DNA of 63,343 nt, counting the filler, from Bacteroidales bacterium (lineage in GTDB: Bacteria; Bacteroidota; Bacteroidia; Bacteroidales; CAIWKO01): assembly GCA_035389045.1 (NCBI GenBank). It is 9 parts of 9 records of this genome, joined end to end, with 100 filler letters (N's around TTAATTAATTAA, not from the genome) between each part and the next. Parts side by side here need not be neighbours in the genome. Positions count along the whole stretch, not along the records: positions 16,581 to 24,624 come from DAOORA010000109.1; positions 24,725 to 32,680 come from DAOORA010000110.1; 7 more parts are not named here. One strand, given 5' to 3'. This document shows positions 21,601 to 31,974 of this stretch, piece after piece. Each line of letters opens with the position of its first letter. Within the stretch, counting starts at the first letter, position 1. Both the position numbers and the translations under genes were made by a program. The notes beneath the pieces were generated by a model. It did no database searches and was not told the origin of the DNA. It saw only the letters and a list, made by a program, of their open reading frames with translations.

Positions 21601-21932
21601 ACCTGGGGTGGCAATGTTACAGCGCTGCCGATATGTATAATCTTTACGTTGACGATATCAGCATCACGGATGTTACAGGAGTTGAAGAAAATACGGTTGC
21701 CATCGAACTGACCATTATGCCGAATCCTGCAAATGAGCAATTTACGGTGATAACTTCGGAAAACGAATCGGTGATGACGATTACCAACTCGCTGGGTGCG
21801 GTAGTCTATTCCCAGAAAATAAACGACCGGATGGTAAGCGTTAATACTTCTGAATTATGCCAGGGGTTATATTTTGTGAAAATTGATACCGATAAAGGTT
21901 CGGTGATCCGGAAAGTGGTTATAAGCAAATAA
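18663..21932 (+). CDS. T9SS-secreted multidomain protein (propeller-like, CARDB/Ig-like and cleaved-adhesin-like domains)
   Basis: Signal peptide; repeated D..NDT Ig ends; ADDWFIT..YVDDISI; CTD MPNPA..GLYFVK..KVVISK. Confidence 0.8.
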   Translation: MKVITKLMYVCLILALSCTGAFSQTVKGKGSQARSGLAGSVVSKADVSATMGFINSLGGTKAMFDLLFEFPVSDAGTAGVETDGQYFYVTRWNTNLFYKYNLTGTLVDSFSVTGAGQIRDLAYDGTYFYGGSTSNTIYKMDFTSHTLVGTITCPSSVAVRHIAYDPVNNAFWCGNWDTDFTLVNMSGAVINTIPATTHLQADIYGSAYDNYSLGGPYLWVYRQTSANANDLEQINLATGVSTGVTFDVTTAVTGLTSSNSAGGLCISSDVVPNTAVLIGVAQNAKLWGLELKDIQVFANDMGVTSLVAPLSSDTLTNADSLKIVVRNFDTVAHTNIPVNYVIDGGAVVRDTLFATVAANATMNFTFSQPYNFSIPGHVYDVMIYTSIQNDGNNANDTLHTTLTNQWDVAPVSIDMPAVVGVGLNTPKATVINNGTLATTFNVTMHFTGYTSTKTVTNLMPGVTQQVTFDGWTAALGNYTIEVYTSLLADSVHSNDTLTQAIDVQNLVKVFAYVAYDPAPTGDLPQGPALTYLQTPQNVISLADQTSENFIQSGTWGPLNKWYGAVYDDNVLVSVDTLTGARTVIGNIGVSLEGLTYDPVTANLFGVSFDGAGSNLFRINAGSGNATYIGPCANQLFINLACTQAGNLYAVSMDNDSLYAIDKTTGAATPVGDVGFDVMYAQDMEVDQNTGVCYMAAYNNDIEAGELRIVDLATGSTTLIGPFLHDMEVSGFAIPFNCIAPSWDASVIAVDNLESSCDPGTVNLQIRVMNFGSSTITSLPVAYTVNGGTPVQATITTPINSGQTIPYTFTVPVDLSADGTYVVKVYSSLASDAVHSNDTVVSTVTNMAPKTIPYTLGFEPAEDLQGLSVIDNNNDGSAWFLSASGGNTSPSCMKYVYNTSSAADDWFITTCIDLEASKSYNLKYYYKAQSASYPEKLKVFVGSDNTVAAMTTQIDNKSNIINTTFSQSNVVFTVPATGTYYLGWQCYSAADMYNLYVDDISITDVTGVEENTVAIELTIMPNPANEQFTVITSENESVMTITNSLGAVVYSQKINDRMVSVNTSELCQGLYFVKIDTDKGSVIRKVVISK

Positions 21933-21951
21933 TACGATTCAGTAATATGTG

Positions 21952-21983
21952 AAAAAGCTGCTTCATTCGGGGCAGCTTTTTTT
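21952..21983 (+). terminator. Intrinsic terminator
   Basis: AAAAAGCTGCTTC-ATTC-GGGGCAGCTTTTTTT. Confidence 0.8.
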
Positions 21984-22028
21984 GTTCCCTGTAAAAGATT
22001 AATTTTGCCCCTAATATTTCTATGGCCG

Positions 22029-23981
22029 ATGATATCCGTTAACCAGATTTCTGTTCATTTTACAGGTGAATATCTGTTTGATAATGTGTCCTTTATTGTG
22101 AACGACCGGGACCGTATAGGTCTTGTGGGAAAAAATGGCGCAGGAAAAACCACCTTACTGAAGATTTTTGCAGGACTGCTTGAGCCTGAAAAAGGTTCCG
22201 TAGCTTTTCCTTCGGGCACTACCATTGGTTATTTGCCACAGGAGCCGGTGACCAACAGCCAGCGCACGGTGATAGCGGAAACGCAGACGGCTTTTCAGGA
22301 AGTGAGAAATATCTGGAGCACCATAAAGAAAATATCGGAAGAGCTGGCTCATATCAGTGATTTTAATTCGCAGACCTACGGAAAACTTGTTGACAAATTG
22401 AACCGTGCCAACGAACAATACAAAATACTCGGTGGCGACACCATTCAGGCCGATGTTCAAAAGGTATTGCTGGGTCTGGGTTTTGAACAACGGGATTTTG
22501 AACGCAGCATGAATGAATTCAGCGGTGGCTGGCAGATGCGGGTCGAAATAGCCAAACTGCTGCTGAAACAACCTTCTTTACTGCTGCTTGATGAACCCAC
22601 CAATCATCTTGATATTGAATCTATACAATGGCTGGAGGATTTTTTACTTAGCTATAAAGGCGCTGTAATTTTAGTATCGCACGACAGGGCTTTTCTGGAT
22701 AATGTAACTACCCGGACGGTCGAAATCTCTCTGGGTAAAATATATGATTATAAAGCATCTTATTCCGATTATGTTCAAATGCGTGAAGAACGGCTCGAAA
22801 GCCAGGTAGCGGCATACAACAACCAGCAGAAACAGATCGCGCAGATTGAACGTTTTATCACCCGGTTCCGCTATAAATCCACGAAGGCCAGACAGGTGCA
22901 GTCGCGGCTGAAGATGCTCGAGAAAATGGATGTTGTGGATATTGATGAAACCGATGCCTCAGCTATACGTTTTTTGTTTCCCCCGGCCCAGCCTTCAGGC
23001 AAAGTATCGGTTCATGCGGAGAAAATTTCAAAGAATTACGGGAACAAACAGATACTTTCCGATGTTGACCTGTTGGTTCCCAAAGGGGAAAAAATTGCTT
23101 TTGTCGGACGAAACGGCGAAGGAAAGACGACCCTTGTGAAAATATTGTTGAATCAGATCGGATATTCAGGCAAGGTCACCCTTGGCCACAATGTGATTGC
23201 CGGATATTATGCCCAAAATCAAACCGAAATGCTTGATGGAGAGAAGACAGTATTTCAGACTATTGATGATGTTGCTGTGGGCGACATAAGGCCGAAAATA
23301 CGGGCCTTGCTGGGTAGTTTTCTTTTCAGCGGAGATACGATCGATAAAAAGGTAAAAGTGCTCTCTGGAGGTGAAAAATCGAGGCTGGCGCTGGCAAAAA
23401 TGCTGCTTTCCCCGGTGAATCTGCTGGTGCTTGATGAACCTACCAATCACCTCGACATGGTTTCCAAGGACATCCTGAAAAATGCCTTGATCCGTTATGA
23501 TGGCACCCTGATAATTGTTTCGCACGATCGGGATTTTCTGCAGGGCCTTACCACGAAAGTTTATGAATTTAAACACAAAACGATAAAAGAATATAGCGGG
23601 GATATATATTACTTCCTCGAAGCCAAAAAAATATCCTCCCTTAAGGAACTTGAAAAAGGCAATGCCATTAAATCTGCTGAAAATAAGGTTGTTAATGTTT
23701 CTGATCAAAAAATTCTGAGGGAAAAGAAAAAAGATTTTGAAAGAGAACAGCGCAGACTGCTGAACAAGATTGCAGCATCGGAACAATTGATTGAAAAGCT
23801 GGAATCAGAGATTGCTAAGATTGATAAAGTGCTAACAGATCCTGGAAAATACAAAGAAGCCATCAACGATCACAGTATTTTTGAGAATTATCAGAAAATC
23901 AAATGTCAGCTGAAAACCGAAATGGACCGGTGGGAAACCTTACACAACGAACTGGAGAAACTTAATTACAGAACATTGTAA
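22029..23981 (+). CDS. ABC-F family ATPase
   Basis: Two ABC cassettes (GKNGAGKT/FSGGW/LLDEPTNHLD and GRNGEGKT/LSGGE/LDEPTNHLD), no TM segments, coiled-coil tail. Confidence 0.92.
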   Translation: MISVNQISVHFTGEYLFDNVSFIVNDRDRIGLVGKNGAGKTTLLKIFAGLLEPEKGSVAFPSGTTIGYLPQEPVTNSQRTVIAETQTAFQEVRNIWSTIKKISEELAHISDFNSQTYGKLVDKLNRANEQYKILGGDTIQADVQKVLLGLGFEQRDFERSMNEFSGGWQMRVEIAKLLLKQPSLLLLDEPTNHLDIESIQWLEDFLLSYKGAVILVSHDRAFLDNVTTRTVEISLGKIYDYKASYSDYVQMREERLESQVAAYNNQQKQIAQIERFITRFRYKSTKARQVQSRLKMLEKMDVVDIDETDASAIRFLFPPAQPSGKVSVHAEKISKNYGNKQILSDVDLLVPKGEKIAFVGRNGEGKTTLVKILLNQIGYSGKVTLGHNVIAGYYAQNQTEMLDGEKTVFQTIDDVAVGDIRPKIRALLGSFLFSGDTIDKKVKVLSGGEKSRLALAKMLLSPVNLLVLDEPTNHLDMVSKDILKNALIRYDGTLIIVSHDRDFLQGLTTKVYEFKHKTIKEYSGDIYYFLEAKKISSLKELEKGNAIKSAENKVVNVSDQKILREKKKDFEREQRRLLNKIAASEQLIEKLESEIAKIDKVLTDPGKYKEAINDHSIFENYQKIKCQLKTEMDRWETLHNELEKLNYRTL

Positions 23982-23996
23982 ATTCTGATAGAGTTC

Positions 23997-24518
23997 TTAC
24001 AGGACGAAAAATGACAAGGTGGTAATCACAAAAGACCAAAGCACAACGGAAACAGACAAATAGACAAGTGTGTATTTGTTTTTGCGGTAGTATCTGTTGG
24101 CAAAGAATGAAACCAGGGGTATCGCGATGAGTGTGAAAGAACAGATGCCGATAAGCCCCCATTTTTTATTGATTTTTTTTAACACATGTTTGGTTCGGAA
24201 TGAGGAAAGGTTCATGCCTTGTGAAGAACTTTTTGGTTTTTCAACCAACGTTTCAGGTTTTCTGTTTGCATTGATCATTTTTTTGAACAAGGGGCGTATG
24301 TTTATTTTATAAAACCTGATAAGCATTCCACTCAGATGATAAAATATAAATATGCCTATAATTCCGCCGATAGCTGTAATAGCCACAGTTTCAAAATAAC
24401 CCAGCCCCATCTCGATCGAAACGGGAGGGGCAATAATCAGTTTTGCAATGCTGAGTGCAATGATTTGGATTACTTTAAATAAGGTGTCGACCTGGAGAAT
24501 TATGAGCAATGAAGTCAT
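23997..24518 (-). CDS. Hypothetical membrane protein
   Basis: 173 aa, 3-4 TM segments, KKWGLIGI. Confidence 0.6.
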   Translation of the reverse strand: MTSLLIILQVDTLFKVIQIIALSIAKLIIAPPVSIEMGLGYFETVAITAIGGIIGIFIFYHLSGMLIRFYKINIRPLFKKMINANRKPETLVEKPKSSSQGMNLSSFRTKHVLKKINKKWGLIGICSFTLIAIPLVSFFANRYYRKNKYTLVYLSVSVVLWSFVITTLSFFVL

Positions 24519-24724
24519 TTTTGATACAAAAAGTAAAAAATCAACGACAAAGTTATAAATAATAATTAATAACCTAAAATGATTTTTAAAGTTAATAACT
24601 ATGTAATTTTTCTATAGGGATATTNNNNNNNNNNNNNNNNNNNNNNNNNNNNNNNNNNNNNNNNNNNNTTAATTAATTAANNNNNNNNNNNNNNNNNNNN
24701 NNNNNNNNNNNNNNNNNNNNNNNN

Positions 24725-24776
24725 TGCTGAATAAGGGTTTCAGAGGGGTATGGGCGGTTCAAGTGTCAAACCCAGG
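24725..24776. mobile_element. Probable IS terminus at a contig start
   Basis: Ends in GTGTCAAACCCAGG, resembling IS1634/IS4-type ends; no transposase visible. Confidence 0.35.
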
Positions 24777-25079
24777 AGTGAAATGATTTTTTTTGACTGG
24801 TTGGGTGTACCGGTGGAATATAAGTTTCAAAGCAAAAGCTACCTCTTCAGCACTAAAGGTCTGGAATCGAATTGTTCTTATTATCTTGTTAGCTGTTTGG
24901 TCTGATGTAAAGAAATCAGATTTAGGTTTGTTTTTCCAATTGCTTTGGTACCACCAATAATAATTGGCATTATGGTTTTAACCAGTGCACTTGTCTGCCA
25001 AAATGCTTAAATGATGGCATTTGTATTATTTTGATGGTGTGTTCAGTTTTCAGTTTGTCTGAAGAAAAAATACCGGATT

Positions 25080-25616
25080 TCAATAATTGATCTTATGCGT
25101 TTGTTGTTCTTGTATTACAAGCTCATTGCTTATTTCGGGAAGTATTTCCTTTAATACTGATGATGGCACTGATGCATTAATAAAAAACCATTTTTTTCCA
25201 TTATCATAGGATATGCAAATGAGGGTGGATAAAATCTCGAGTTTTGTATTGCCAATTTTCATGATCATTTTCTGGGGCAGGGTGCATTGAAGATTTGTAT
25301 CTGTAACAATGATTTTTGAGGGGGCATCATTAAATATACTCATCGCCTGATAACCATTTTTTGTAACATTCTCATTAAGGATATTTATCAGGGATTGCTC
25401 TCCACCTAATTTTTTTACCAAGCGCGGATGCTGGTATTTCATATAATTATTAAAATCATTTTGTACAAAATAATAACCCATTGAATCGGCCTGCTGCCTG
25501 ATTATTTCTTTCATTGAAACAAATGAGGAGCTATCCTGGGGATTTTGGGCATTTGAGATATGAAAAGTAAAAAAGAAAAGCAGTATGAAAAATATTTTTC
25601 TGGCACAGTTTGACAT
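25080..25616 (-). CDS. Hypothetical exported protein
   Basis: Signal peptide (SNA-Q); SYDNGKKWFFI. Confidence 0.65.
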   Translation of the reverse strand: MSNCARKIFFILLFFFTFHISNAQNPQDSSSFVSMKEIIRQQADSMGYYFVQNDFNNYMKYQHPRLVKKLGGEQSLINILNENVTKNGYQAMSIFNDAPSKIIVTDTNLQCTLPQKMIMKIGNTKLEILSTLICISYDNGKKWFFINASVPSSVLKEILPEISNELVIQEQQTHKINY

Positions 25617-25642
25617 ATAATAAAGATAATGATTAATATAAT

Positions 25643-27697
25643 TTATTCAATTAATAGTTTTTTGCTGTACCGGAAATTAGCACCATCCGCAAAAACAAAA
25701 TAAACACCTTTTGATAGAGACTCAACGTTAATAACGACATCATTATTATTAAGAGTCACTACTTTTTGTTCTTTAAAAATAAGCTTTCCGTTTATATTTA
25801 TTAGTCTGAGATTTACCTGACCATCCACCTGATTAAATATAATTTTAATATTCTTTTTTGATGGGTTAGGAAATACAATAAACGGAGTTGGATTTTCATT
25901 CATGTTAATCATGCTGACTGTTGCAGAATTAGAAAATTCAGAAGTGTTTCCTGAAGAATCAGTGGCAGTACCTGAAATTTTATCTCCTCCGCAAATTCCT
26001 GAGGTAACGGATGCATTAAAATTCCCTGAAGCATCAGGTGTAGTGGAAATAAGATATCGTTCGCCTTCCCCGTAACCCGACAGGTCGTTATCGGATTTGA
26101 AAATCTCTATTGTAGTGTATTGGGGTAAAGGCGTATCGATATATCCTGTAATTTCGTAACTTCCTGATAATTCATTATATACGGTGCTGGTAAAGACCGG
26201 ATAATTCATCAGCATATTCGGACCCGTATCAACATCTCCGGCATCATTGGGAGTGCTTCCCAAAGGATATAAATCTATTCCCAGGCCTCCGTTAGAATGG
26301 ATGGAATTTGCTGAAAATTTATTATAATAATCCCCTTCCGTCATCACGGTCACTCCGTTTCCGCCATTGTATGCAATGATGTTACCTTTTCCTGTACCAC
26401 CAATAATATTATTTCTGGGTCCTTCACCAATGCGGATGCCGTCAATTCCGTTGGGAACAGGGATTTGCCCACTGATATCCGTGCCGATTTTATTATTTGT
26501 GATCACATTATGATCTGTTCCGGTGGCATGTATCGTGATACCCTGTTGCAGATTTCCCGATATCACGTTACTGTCGATAATATGATACCTGGGAATTCCA
26601 TCTATAACAATACCTATAGCGTTTGGCAGCGCTTCAGTTCCATTGGCTTTTGTTCCGATCAGGTTTCCGGTGACCGTGTCGCTGTCGGTTGAGTTATTGT
26701 ATAAAAAAACACCATATCCACTATTACCTGATATCAGGTTACCAGCTCCGTTTTTTCTGCCACCAAGCAAATTATACTTTGCACCATCATCGTACAACAC
26801 CCCATAGGTATTGGGAATTGACTGTGTCCCTGTGATATCTGTGCCAATATAATTCCCAATGATGGTGTTGTTATCGCATCCTGCGCCGAAAACCGGTATA
26901 CCATAAGCCACATTGCCCGAAACAAGGTTCCGTTCCGCAGTGGAATATCCTCCTACGATATTGAATTCTGAGGTACCTTCGATACTTATTCCATCGTAAT
27001 TACGTAGGGCAAAAGTTCCTGTTCTGTCTGTACCGACATAGTTATTAATTATTATATTATTATTTGAATTTACGATACGAATACCTATATGATCATTACC
27101 TGAAACGATATTCCTGTCTTCGGCAGAAGATCCGCCAATAGTATTATACTGCGGATTGCCAATTATTTCGATACCAATATAATTTCCAGCTGTGTCGCTG
27201 GCATTGAAGTTTGTTCCTATATAGTTTCCTTTTATTACATTATATTGCGAGGCATTTGCCGTCATCTGTGAAATTTGAATACCATATATGAAGTTACAGA
27301 TTACAAATCCTTTGATGGTTATGCCTGATGCATTAAAGATATGGAAAGCAAAATCAATGGTATGGGTACCATCGAGCACAATTTCGGGACCATAAGGATT
27401 GTTGTTGCCCTGGTTTGCCGTTTGTGAAGTCCCGTCGATCATGATATTGCTTTTACTGATATATGGCATCTGTGAATTCGGTCTGATGGTCCATGTGCCC
27501 TGAACAGAATTGTAATTGGGGTCGCTGACGGGAATGTTAAAAAGAATCTGATGCGTGGCGCCGGGAGTGCCGTTAACAAGCGTGATAGCATTTCGCAAAG
27601 AGCCGCTGCCGCTGTCGCCGGTATTGGTGACTGTGAAATCTGCGGCAAATACTGATGAAATACAGCAAATAAACACAAAGAAAAATAGTTTAGGCAT
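25643..27697 (-). CDS. T9SS-secreted right-handed beta-helix repeat protein
   Basis: VTNTGDSGSGSLR; repeated GNYIGTD / RNIVSGN; GNTSEFS; CTD FPNPS..KGVYF..KKLLIE. Confidence 0.85.
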   Translation of the reverse strand: MPKLFFFVFICCISSVFAADFTVTNTGDSGSGSLRNAITLVNGTPGATHQILFNIPVSDPNYNSVQGTWTIRPNSQMPYISKSNIMIDGTSQTANQGNNNPYGPEIVLDGTHTIDFAFHIFNASGITIKGFVICNFIYGIQISQMTANASQYNVIKGNYIGTNFNASDTAGNYIGIEIIGNPQYNTIGGSSAEDRNIVSGNDHIGIRIVNSNNNIIINNYVGTDRTGTFALRNYDGISIEGTSEFNIVGGYSTAERNLVSGNVAYGIPVFGAGCDNNTIIGNYIGTDITGTQSIPNTYGVLYDDGAKYNLLGGRKNGAGNLISGNSGYGVFLYNNSTDSDTVTGNLIGTKANGTEALPNAIGIVIDGIPRYHIIDSNVISGNLQQGITIHATGTDHNVITNNKIGTDISGQIPVPNGIDGIRIGEGPRNNIIGGTGKGNIIAYNGGNGVTVMTEGDYYNKFSANSIHSNGGLGIDLYPLGSTPNDAGDVDTGPNMLMNYPVFTSTVYNELSGSYEITGYIDTPLPQYTTIEIFKSDNDLSGYGEGERYLISTTPDASGNFNASVTSGICGGDKISGTATDSSGNTSEFSNSATVSMINMNENPTPFIVFPNPSKKNIKIIFNQVDGQVNLRLININGKLIFKEQKVVTLNNNDVVINVESLSKGVYFVFADGANFRYSKKLLIE

Positions 27698-27706
27698 AAG
27701 GTTTCT

Positions 27707-30490
27707 TTATCTGTTAATGATGAGTTTTTGAACCACTGAAGTGTTTGGTGTTATAACTTGAATAAAATACAATCCTTCAGCCAGGTTTTCAGTTTTAAAA
27801 AATAAACGATTGACATCAGCTGCTTTTTTTCCTGAAAACAGGCATCGGATTAGTTTTCCATTGATGTTGAATAAGTATCCTTCGAGATTGCATGAGTTTT
27901 GCGTTTCTGTCCTGATTGAGAAATAGCCGTTTGCCGGATTTGGAAATACTTCAACTTTCTTCTCAGTATTTGATATTTCATCCATCCCAACCATAACAAA
28001 ATGATCAGGGCTGATCTCGGAAGTGTTTCCATAAATATCTGTAGCTGTTGCAACTATGGAATCACCATCGGTTATGCTTTGAGCAAAGAACCACCAGTTT
28101 CCCGTGGAATCAACTGAAGCGTTTCCCAGATAATTCATGCAATTTCCTATTCCTGCAGAATCTGAATAGGAACAGAAAAGCTCAATTATTATTCCGGCCG
28201 GATTCTGGTAGTTGTAATCAATTATCCCGGTAATATATGTAATCCCAACAGATGGATTGTATCCTGTAGATGTAATATCCGGATAATTCATTTTCAGATT
28301 TGGCCCGCTGTCGGGATCTCCGGAATCGTTAGGATTCGGCCCTGGAGGAAAAATATCGATCTGGCTGATACCATTATTCATCACAGAATTTTGAGTGATC
28401 GTATTGTTTAAGGTGTTATTATCGTTTAAGATTATTCCTGCAGTATCATTGTATGCAATAATATTTCCGGGGCCTATCATGTTATTTGAAGCGCCCTGAA
28501 TGATGGCTATTCCTGCACCTCCGTTTCCGCAGGGGGGGTTATTTCCACCTGTAACACCTATCTTATTGTATGAAACAGCATTGCTGTCAGCATGTTCGAA
28601 CAAAATAATTCCCATGTATTTATTTCCGCTGATGGTGTTATACGAAATGATGTTGTTTCGCGGATTCGTTGCGATACCAATCCCGTTGAAGTTTCCGAAA
28701 CCACCAGGGGCTGAAGCCCCTATAATATTTCCAATAATCTGATTATGGTCGGTTCCGATGTCTGCAATCTCAATACCATCATAGTAATTGCCGCTGATAA
28801 TATTGGCTTCGCCCGCAGCAGTACCGCCAAGGATGTTATAACGGGTTCCTGCACCCAATATAATACCAATATAATTTGGCACCGTATCCGTATTTGCAGC
28901 ATTTACGCCGACTCTGTTCCCTTTGAATTCATTGTAATACGTTCCTGTTGTTACAAAAAATATTCCGTAACTTTTATTTCCTGAGAGCACATTATTGTTA
29001 ATTCTATTATGGTTTGAGCCTCCGTCAACACAAATGCCGGTGGCATTACCGAGGCGTTGCATACCGGAAGCATTAACACCAATGAAATTACCGGATGTGT
29101 TATTATAGGAACTGTTTCCGTAATAAACCAATCCATAAACACGGTTGCCCGAAATAATATTACGTTCTTCGGGGCCGGAGCCTCCTACGATATTGTGTTT
29201 TGAAACGGTGTTAAGCTCGAGTCCGTTTCCCTGTACCAGTGAATCTCCTATGGCAAAACTCCCGTTACCGGTGATATCAGGGCCAATATAATTCCCCAGA
29301 ACAGCATTACTGTCACAAGCTTCAATATAAACGCCTATCTCAGTATTTCCCGAAATAATATTCCGTTCAGCAAGTGTCGGGCCGCCTATCCTGTTATGAT
29401 TACTGTTACTTTTCAGCATTATCCCTGTATGATTGGAAATAAAATCATCTCCGTCTTTGTTTGTCCCGATGAAATTACCTGTTACTTCATTATTTCTTGT
29501 TCCGCTGCCATTCATCACAATGCCTGCCTGATAATTGCCCGAAATGATATTACCTGAACCTGCTGTATTTCCACCAATAACTGTATTTTGGGCACCCGCG
29601 AGAATAATACCGCATCCGTTTGGAAGACTGTCGGTGCCGCTGATATCCGTCCCAATGTGGTTTCCTTTCACGACCGTGTTTGAGGAGGTAGGGCCATTGA
29701 TGACAATGCCTGATGTCAGGTTTCCTGAAATTATATTTCTTTCCTGGATTGCAGTTCCTCCGATAATGTTTCCGGGGGCATTATCAATAGCGATGCCGTA
29801 ATTATTAGGCAGTTTCTTTGTACCGGTGCGGTCCGTGCCGATTTTGTTACCTTTGATATCATTTCCTGCTGCACCGGTAATTCCAACGCCGCCCATTGCA
29901 TTACCCGATATGAGGCAGTTTACAACATGATTACCTGTTGCTCCGCTGGCAAACCCAACGCCATAATGATTGGGGACAGGGGTGGTTCCGTCATAATTTG
30001 TACCCAGGTACATTTCTCTGATGGTATTATTGGTAGAGGTGCTATTATAAAACAGTATACCATAAACAAACCCGGTAATGGTAATATTCCGGATACTGTT
30101 GCCGGGGCTTGCAATAAGAAAAGCGGTATTCAGCGAACTTACTGTATTAATAATTATTTCCGGCCCGTCGATGTTGGTATTTCCCTGGTGAACGGATTGG
30201 GTATTGCCGTCGACAAAAGTAAACGCTCCGGTCATAAATGGTAGTTCGGAAGTCAGGGTGATGGTCCATGTGCTGTCGGTAGTGTTAAACCCCTGATCTG
30301 TAAAGGGAATATTAAATGAAATGGTATCTGCCCCCGCATGTAAGTTGGTATTTGTGATAGCTTCGCTCAACGAGCCTGCTCCGTTGTTGTGGGTATTGAT
30401 GACTATATATGTGTTTGCGTATATGCTTGTACTTACAATGAATGATATAATACAAGCCACTATTTTCAAATGTTTCATCTGTATGGTCAT
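27707..30490 (-). CDS. T9SS-secreted beta-helix repeat protein (longer paralog)
   Basis: Same architecture with more GN-x-IG / NIISGN units; CTD FPNPA..GLYF..KLIINR. Confidence 0.85.
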   Translation of the reverse strand: MTIQMKHLKIVACIISFIVSTSIYANTYIVINTHNNGAGSLSEAITNTNLHAGADTISFNIPFTDQGFNTTDSTWTITLTSELPFMTGAFTFVDGNTQSVHQGNTNIDGPEIIINTVSSLNTAFLIASPGNSIRNITITGFVYGILFYNSTSTNNTIREMYLGTNYDGTTPVPNHYGVGFASGATGNHVVNCLISGNAMGGVGITGAAGNDIKGNKIGTDRTGTKKLPNNYGIAIDNAPGNIIGGTAIQERNIISGNLTSGIVINGPTSSNTVVKGNHIGTDISGTDSLPNGCGIILAGAQNTVIGGNTAGSGNIISGNYQAGIVMNGSGTRNNEVTGNFIGTNKDGDDFISNHTGIMLKSNSNHNRIGGPTLAERNIISGNTEIGVYIEACDSNAVLGNYIGPDITGNGSFAIGDSLVQGNGLELNTVSKHNIVGGSGPEERNIISGNRVYGLVYYGNSSYNNTSGNFIGVNASGMQRLGNATGICVDGGSNHNRINNNVLSGNKSYGIFFVTTGTYYNEFKGNRVGVNAANTDTVPNYIGIILGAGTRYNILGGTAAGEANIISGNYYDGIEIADIGTDHNQIIGNIIGASAPGGFGNFNGIGIATNPRNNIISYNTISGNKYMGIILFEHADSNAVSYNKIGVTGGNNPPCGNGGAGIAIIQGASNNMIGPGNIIAYNDTAGIILNDNNTLNNTITQNSVMNNGISQIDIFPPGPNPNDSGDPDSGPNLKMNYPDITSTGYNPSVGITYITGIIDYNYQNPAGIIIELFCSYSDSAGIGNCMNYLGNASVDSTGNWWFFAQSITDGDSIVATATDIYGNTSEISPDHFVMVGMDEISNTEKKVEVFPNPANGYFSIRTETQNSCNLEGYLFNINGKLIRCLFSGKKAADVNRLFFKTENLAEGLYFIQVITPNTSVVQKLIINR

Positions 30491-31167
30491 CTTGAATTTT
30501 TTATAATAAGTTCTTTAATTTCTTTCTCGTTCAGATAGACTTTTATTTTCTTTTTTTTGTATGTATCACTTGCATTGGAATGATTCAGTAAAAAATCATT
30601 GTAATCGTATAATTGCCATCCCAGACCATGCCTGATAGTTTCAAGATCTGTTACCGCTTCCAGTTTTCTTCGATACGACACAAACATGTAACTTATGCCG
30701 GTACCTGTCAGCCGGCAAAGATTTTTTTGGGTATAATCAAGCACATGAGCCAGTTCGTGCCCTATAACACCAACTTTTTGATTGTATTTTAAGGCAGAAG
30801 GCAGTACCCCAATAAAATCTTTTTTATTGTTGGCATATATGCGGTATACACGTTTTTGCGGCTTGGCCAGCATTTTTTTTGCCGGCCTTGCTGCCATACA
30901 AAAGTTGAAAGGTTTCAGCTTCATTTCGATATGAACCCCCGTCAGTTCAGGATAATGTGAAACTGCCGTATAAAAAGCCAGTTCAAAATCCTCTGGTATA
31001 TTTTTGCAGTTAGAATATGTTTTTTTTAATGAATCCAGAATGGCGACATAATAGGTGCTGTCGCAATATAGGGGAATCAGTGTATCCTGTGCTTTGCCAA
31101 TGATACAGCAGAATATGATACAAATAAATGGTGATGATTTGCGATGAAGCGATATAATAGTATTCAA
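30487..31167 (-). CDS. Hypothetical exported protein with HExxH (metallopeptidase-like)
   Basis: GHELAHV plus a downstream E..TD; overlaps the next start codon. Confidence 0.6.
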   Translation of the reverse strand: MNTIISLHRKSSPFICIIFCCIIGKAQDTLIPLYCDSTYYVAILDSLKKTYSNCKNIPEDFELAFYTAVSHYPELTGVHIEMKLKPFNFCMAARPAKKMLAKPQKRVYRIYANNKKDFIGVLPSALKYNQKVGVIGHELAHVLDYTQKNLCRLTGTGISYMFVSYRRKLEAVTDLETIRHGLGWQLYDYNDFLLNHSNASDTYKKKKIKVYLNEKEIKELIIKNSR

Positions 31168-31173
31168 ATTATT

Positions 31174-31761
31174 CTATTCAAATGTATTTAAAATATTTGG
31201 TTCATTGATCAGTTCTTCCATTTTCATTTTAAGCGCTTTCAGGGCGCCCTTTTTGGCAGCTTTTTTCGGATTCCAGAAATTACCGCCGAATCCTTCGCGA
31301 TTGGCTTTAACCGTGTTCTCAGCCAGGATATTGCCTTTATTGTCAAGAACTTGCAGAATAACCAGACAGTAAAGGTCTGCATTTACATAGGTATCTGTTT
31401 TCCATTCATGTATGCCGATATACAGTGATCGTGGGGCACTGGTTTTGATGAGTTCTTCTGTCACAGATTCTTTAGCAAGCCCGGAGCGTGTCACGACTTT
31501 GTGCAGTGTGACACCGTTTTTTTCGATGGCTCTTCCGATAACCCCGAGTATATCATCGGCAATTGGTTTGCCTGATTTTGTGGTTATATCATAGGGTATC
31601 CCCACACCGGAACGCAGACTACCGCAATAGGCTGCACTTTTTGAACCGTTTACAATATAAGCCCGCTGGTCATGGACGGCAAGGGCAACAGGTGAATTGG
31701 TTTTTATCCGGGTCGACATAACAACCTCATGGTATGGGTGCTTATTTCCAAATGCAAACAT
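31174..31761 (-). CDS. Hypothetical protein
   Basis: 195-aa ORF heading a closely spaced co-directional run of genes. Confidence 0.55.
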   Translation of the reverse strand: MFAFGNKHPYHEVVMSTRIKTNSPVALAVHDQRAYIVNGSKSAAYCGSLRSGVGIPYDITTKSGKPIADDILGVIGRAIEKNGVTLHKVVTRSGLAKESVTEELIKTSAPRSLYIGIHEWKTDTYVNADLYCLVILQVLDNKGNILAENTVKANREGFGGNFWNPKKAAKKGALKALKMKMEELINEPNILNTFE

Positions 31762-31810
31762 TTTTTAATATTTTTTTAAACAACTAAAATAGTAAATTTT
31801 TTCAACACGA

Positions 31811-31942
31811 ACGGACACCTAACAGGTTTTTAATAACTCGATATTCGAATTTTTTTTTACAAACCTTCGACGGACACCTGGACACTTAACAGGTTTTTAA
31901 TAACTCGATATTTGATTTTTTTTTACAAACCTTTTAGGTGTT
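31811..31942. repeat. REP/REPIN-like doublet upstream of the RAYT
   Basis: Two direct copies of about 57 bp; arms ACACCTAACAGGTTT ... AAACCTTTTAGGTGT. Confidence 0.8.
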
Positions 31943-31974
31943 GGGGGGATACATGAAAAAAATTACTATTTTAG

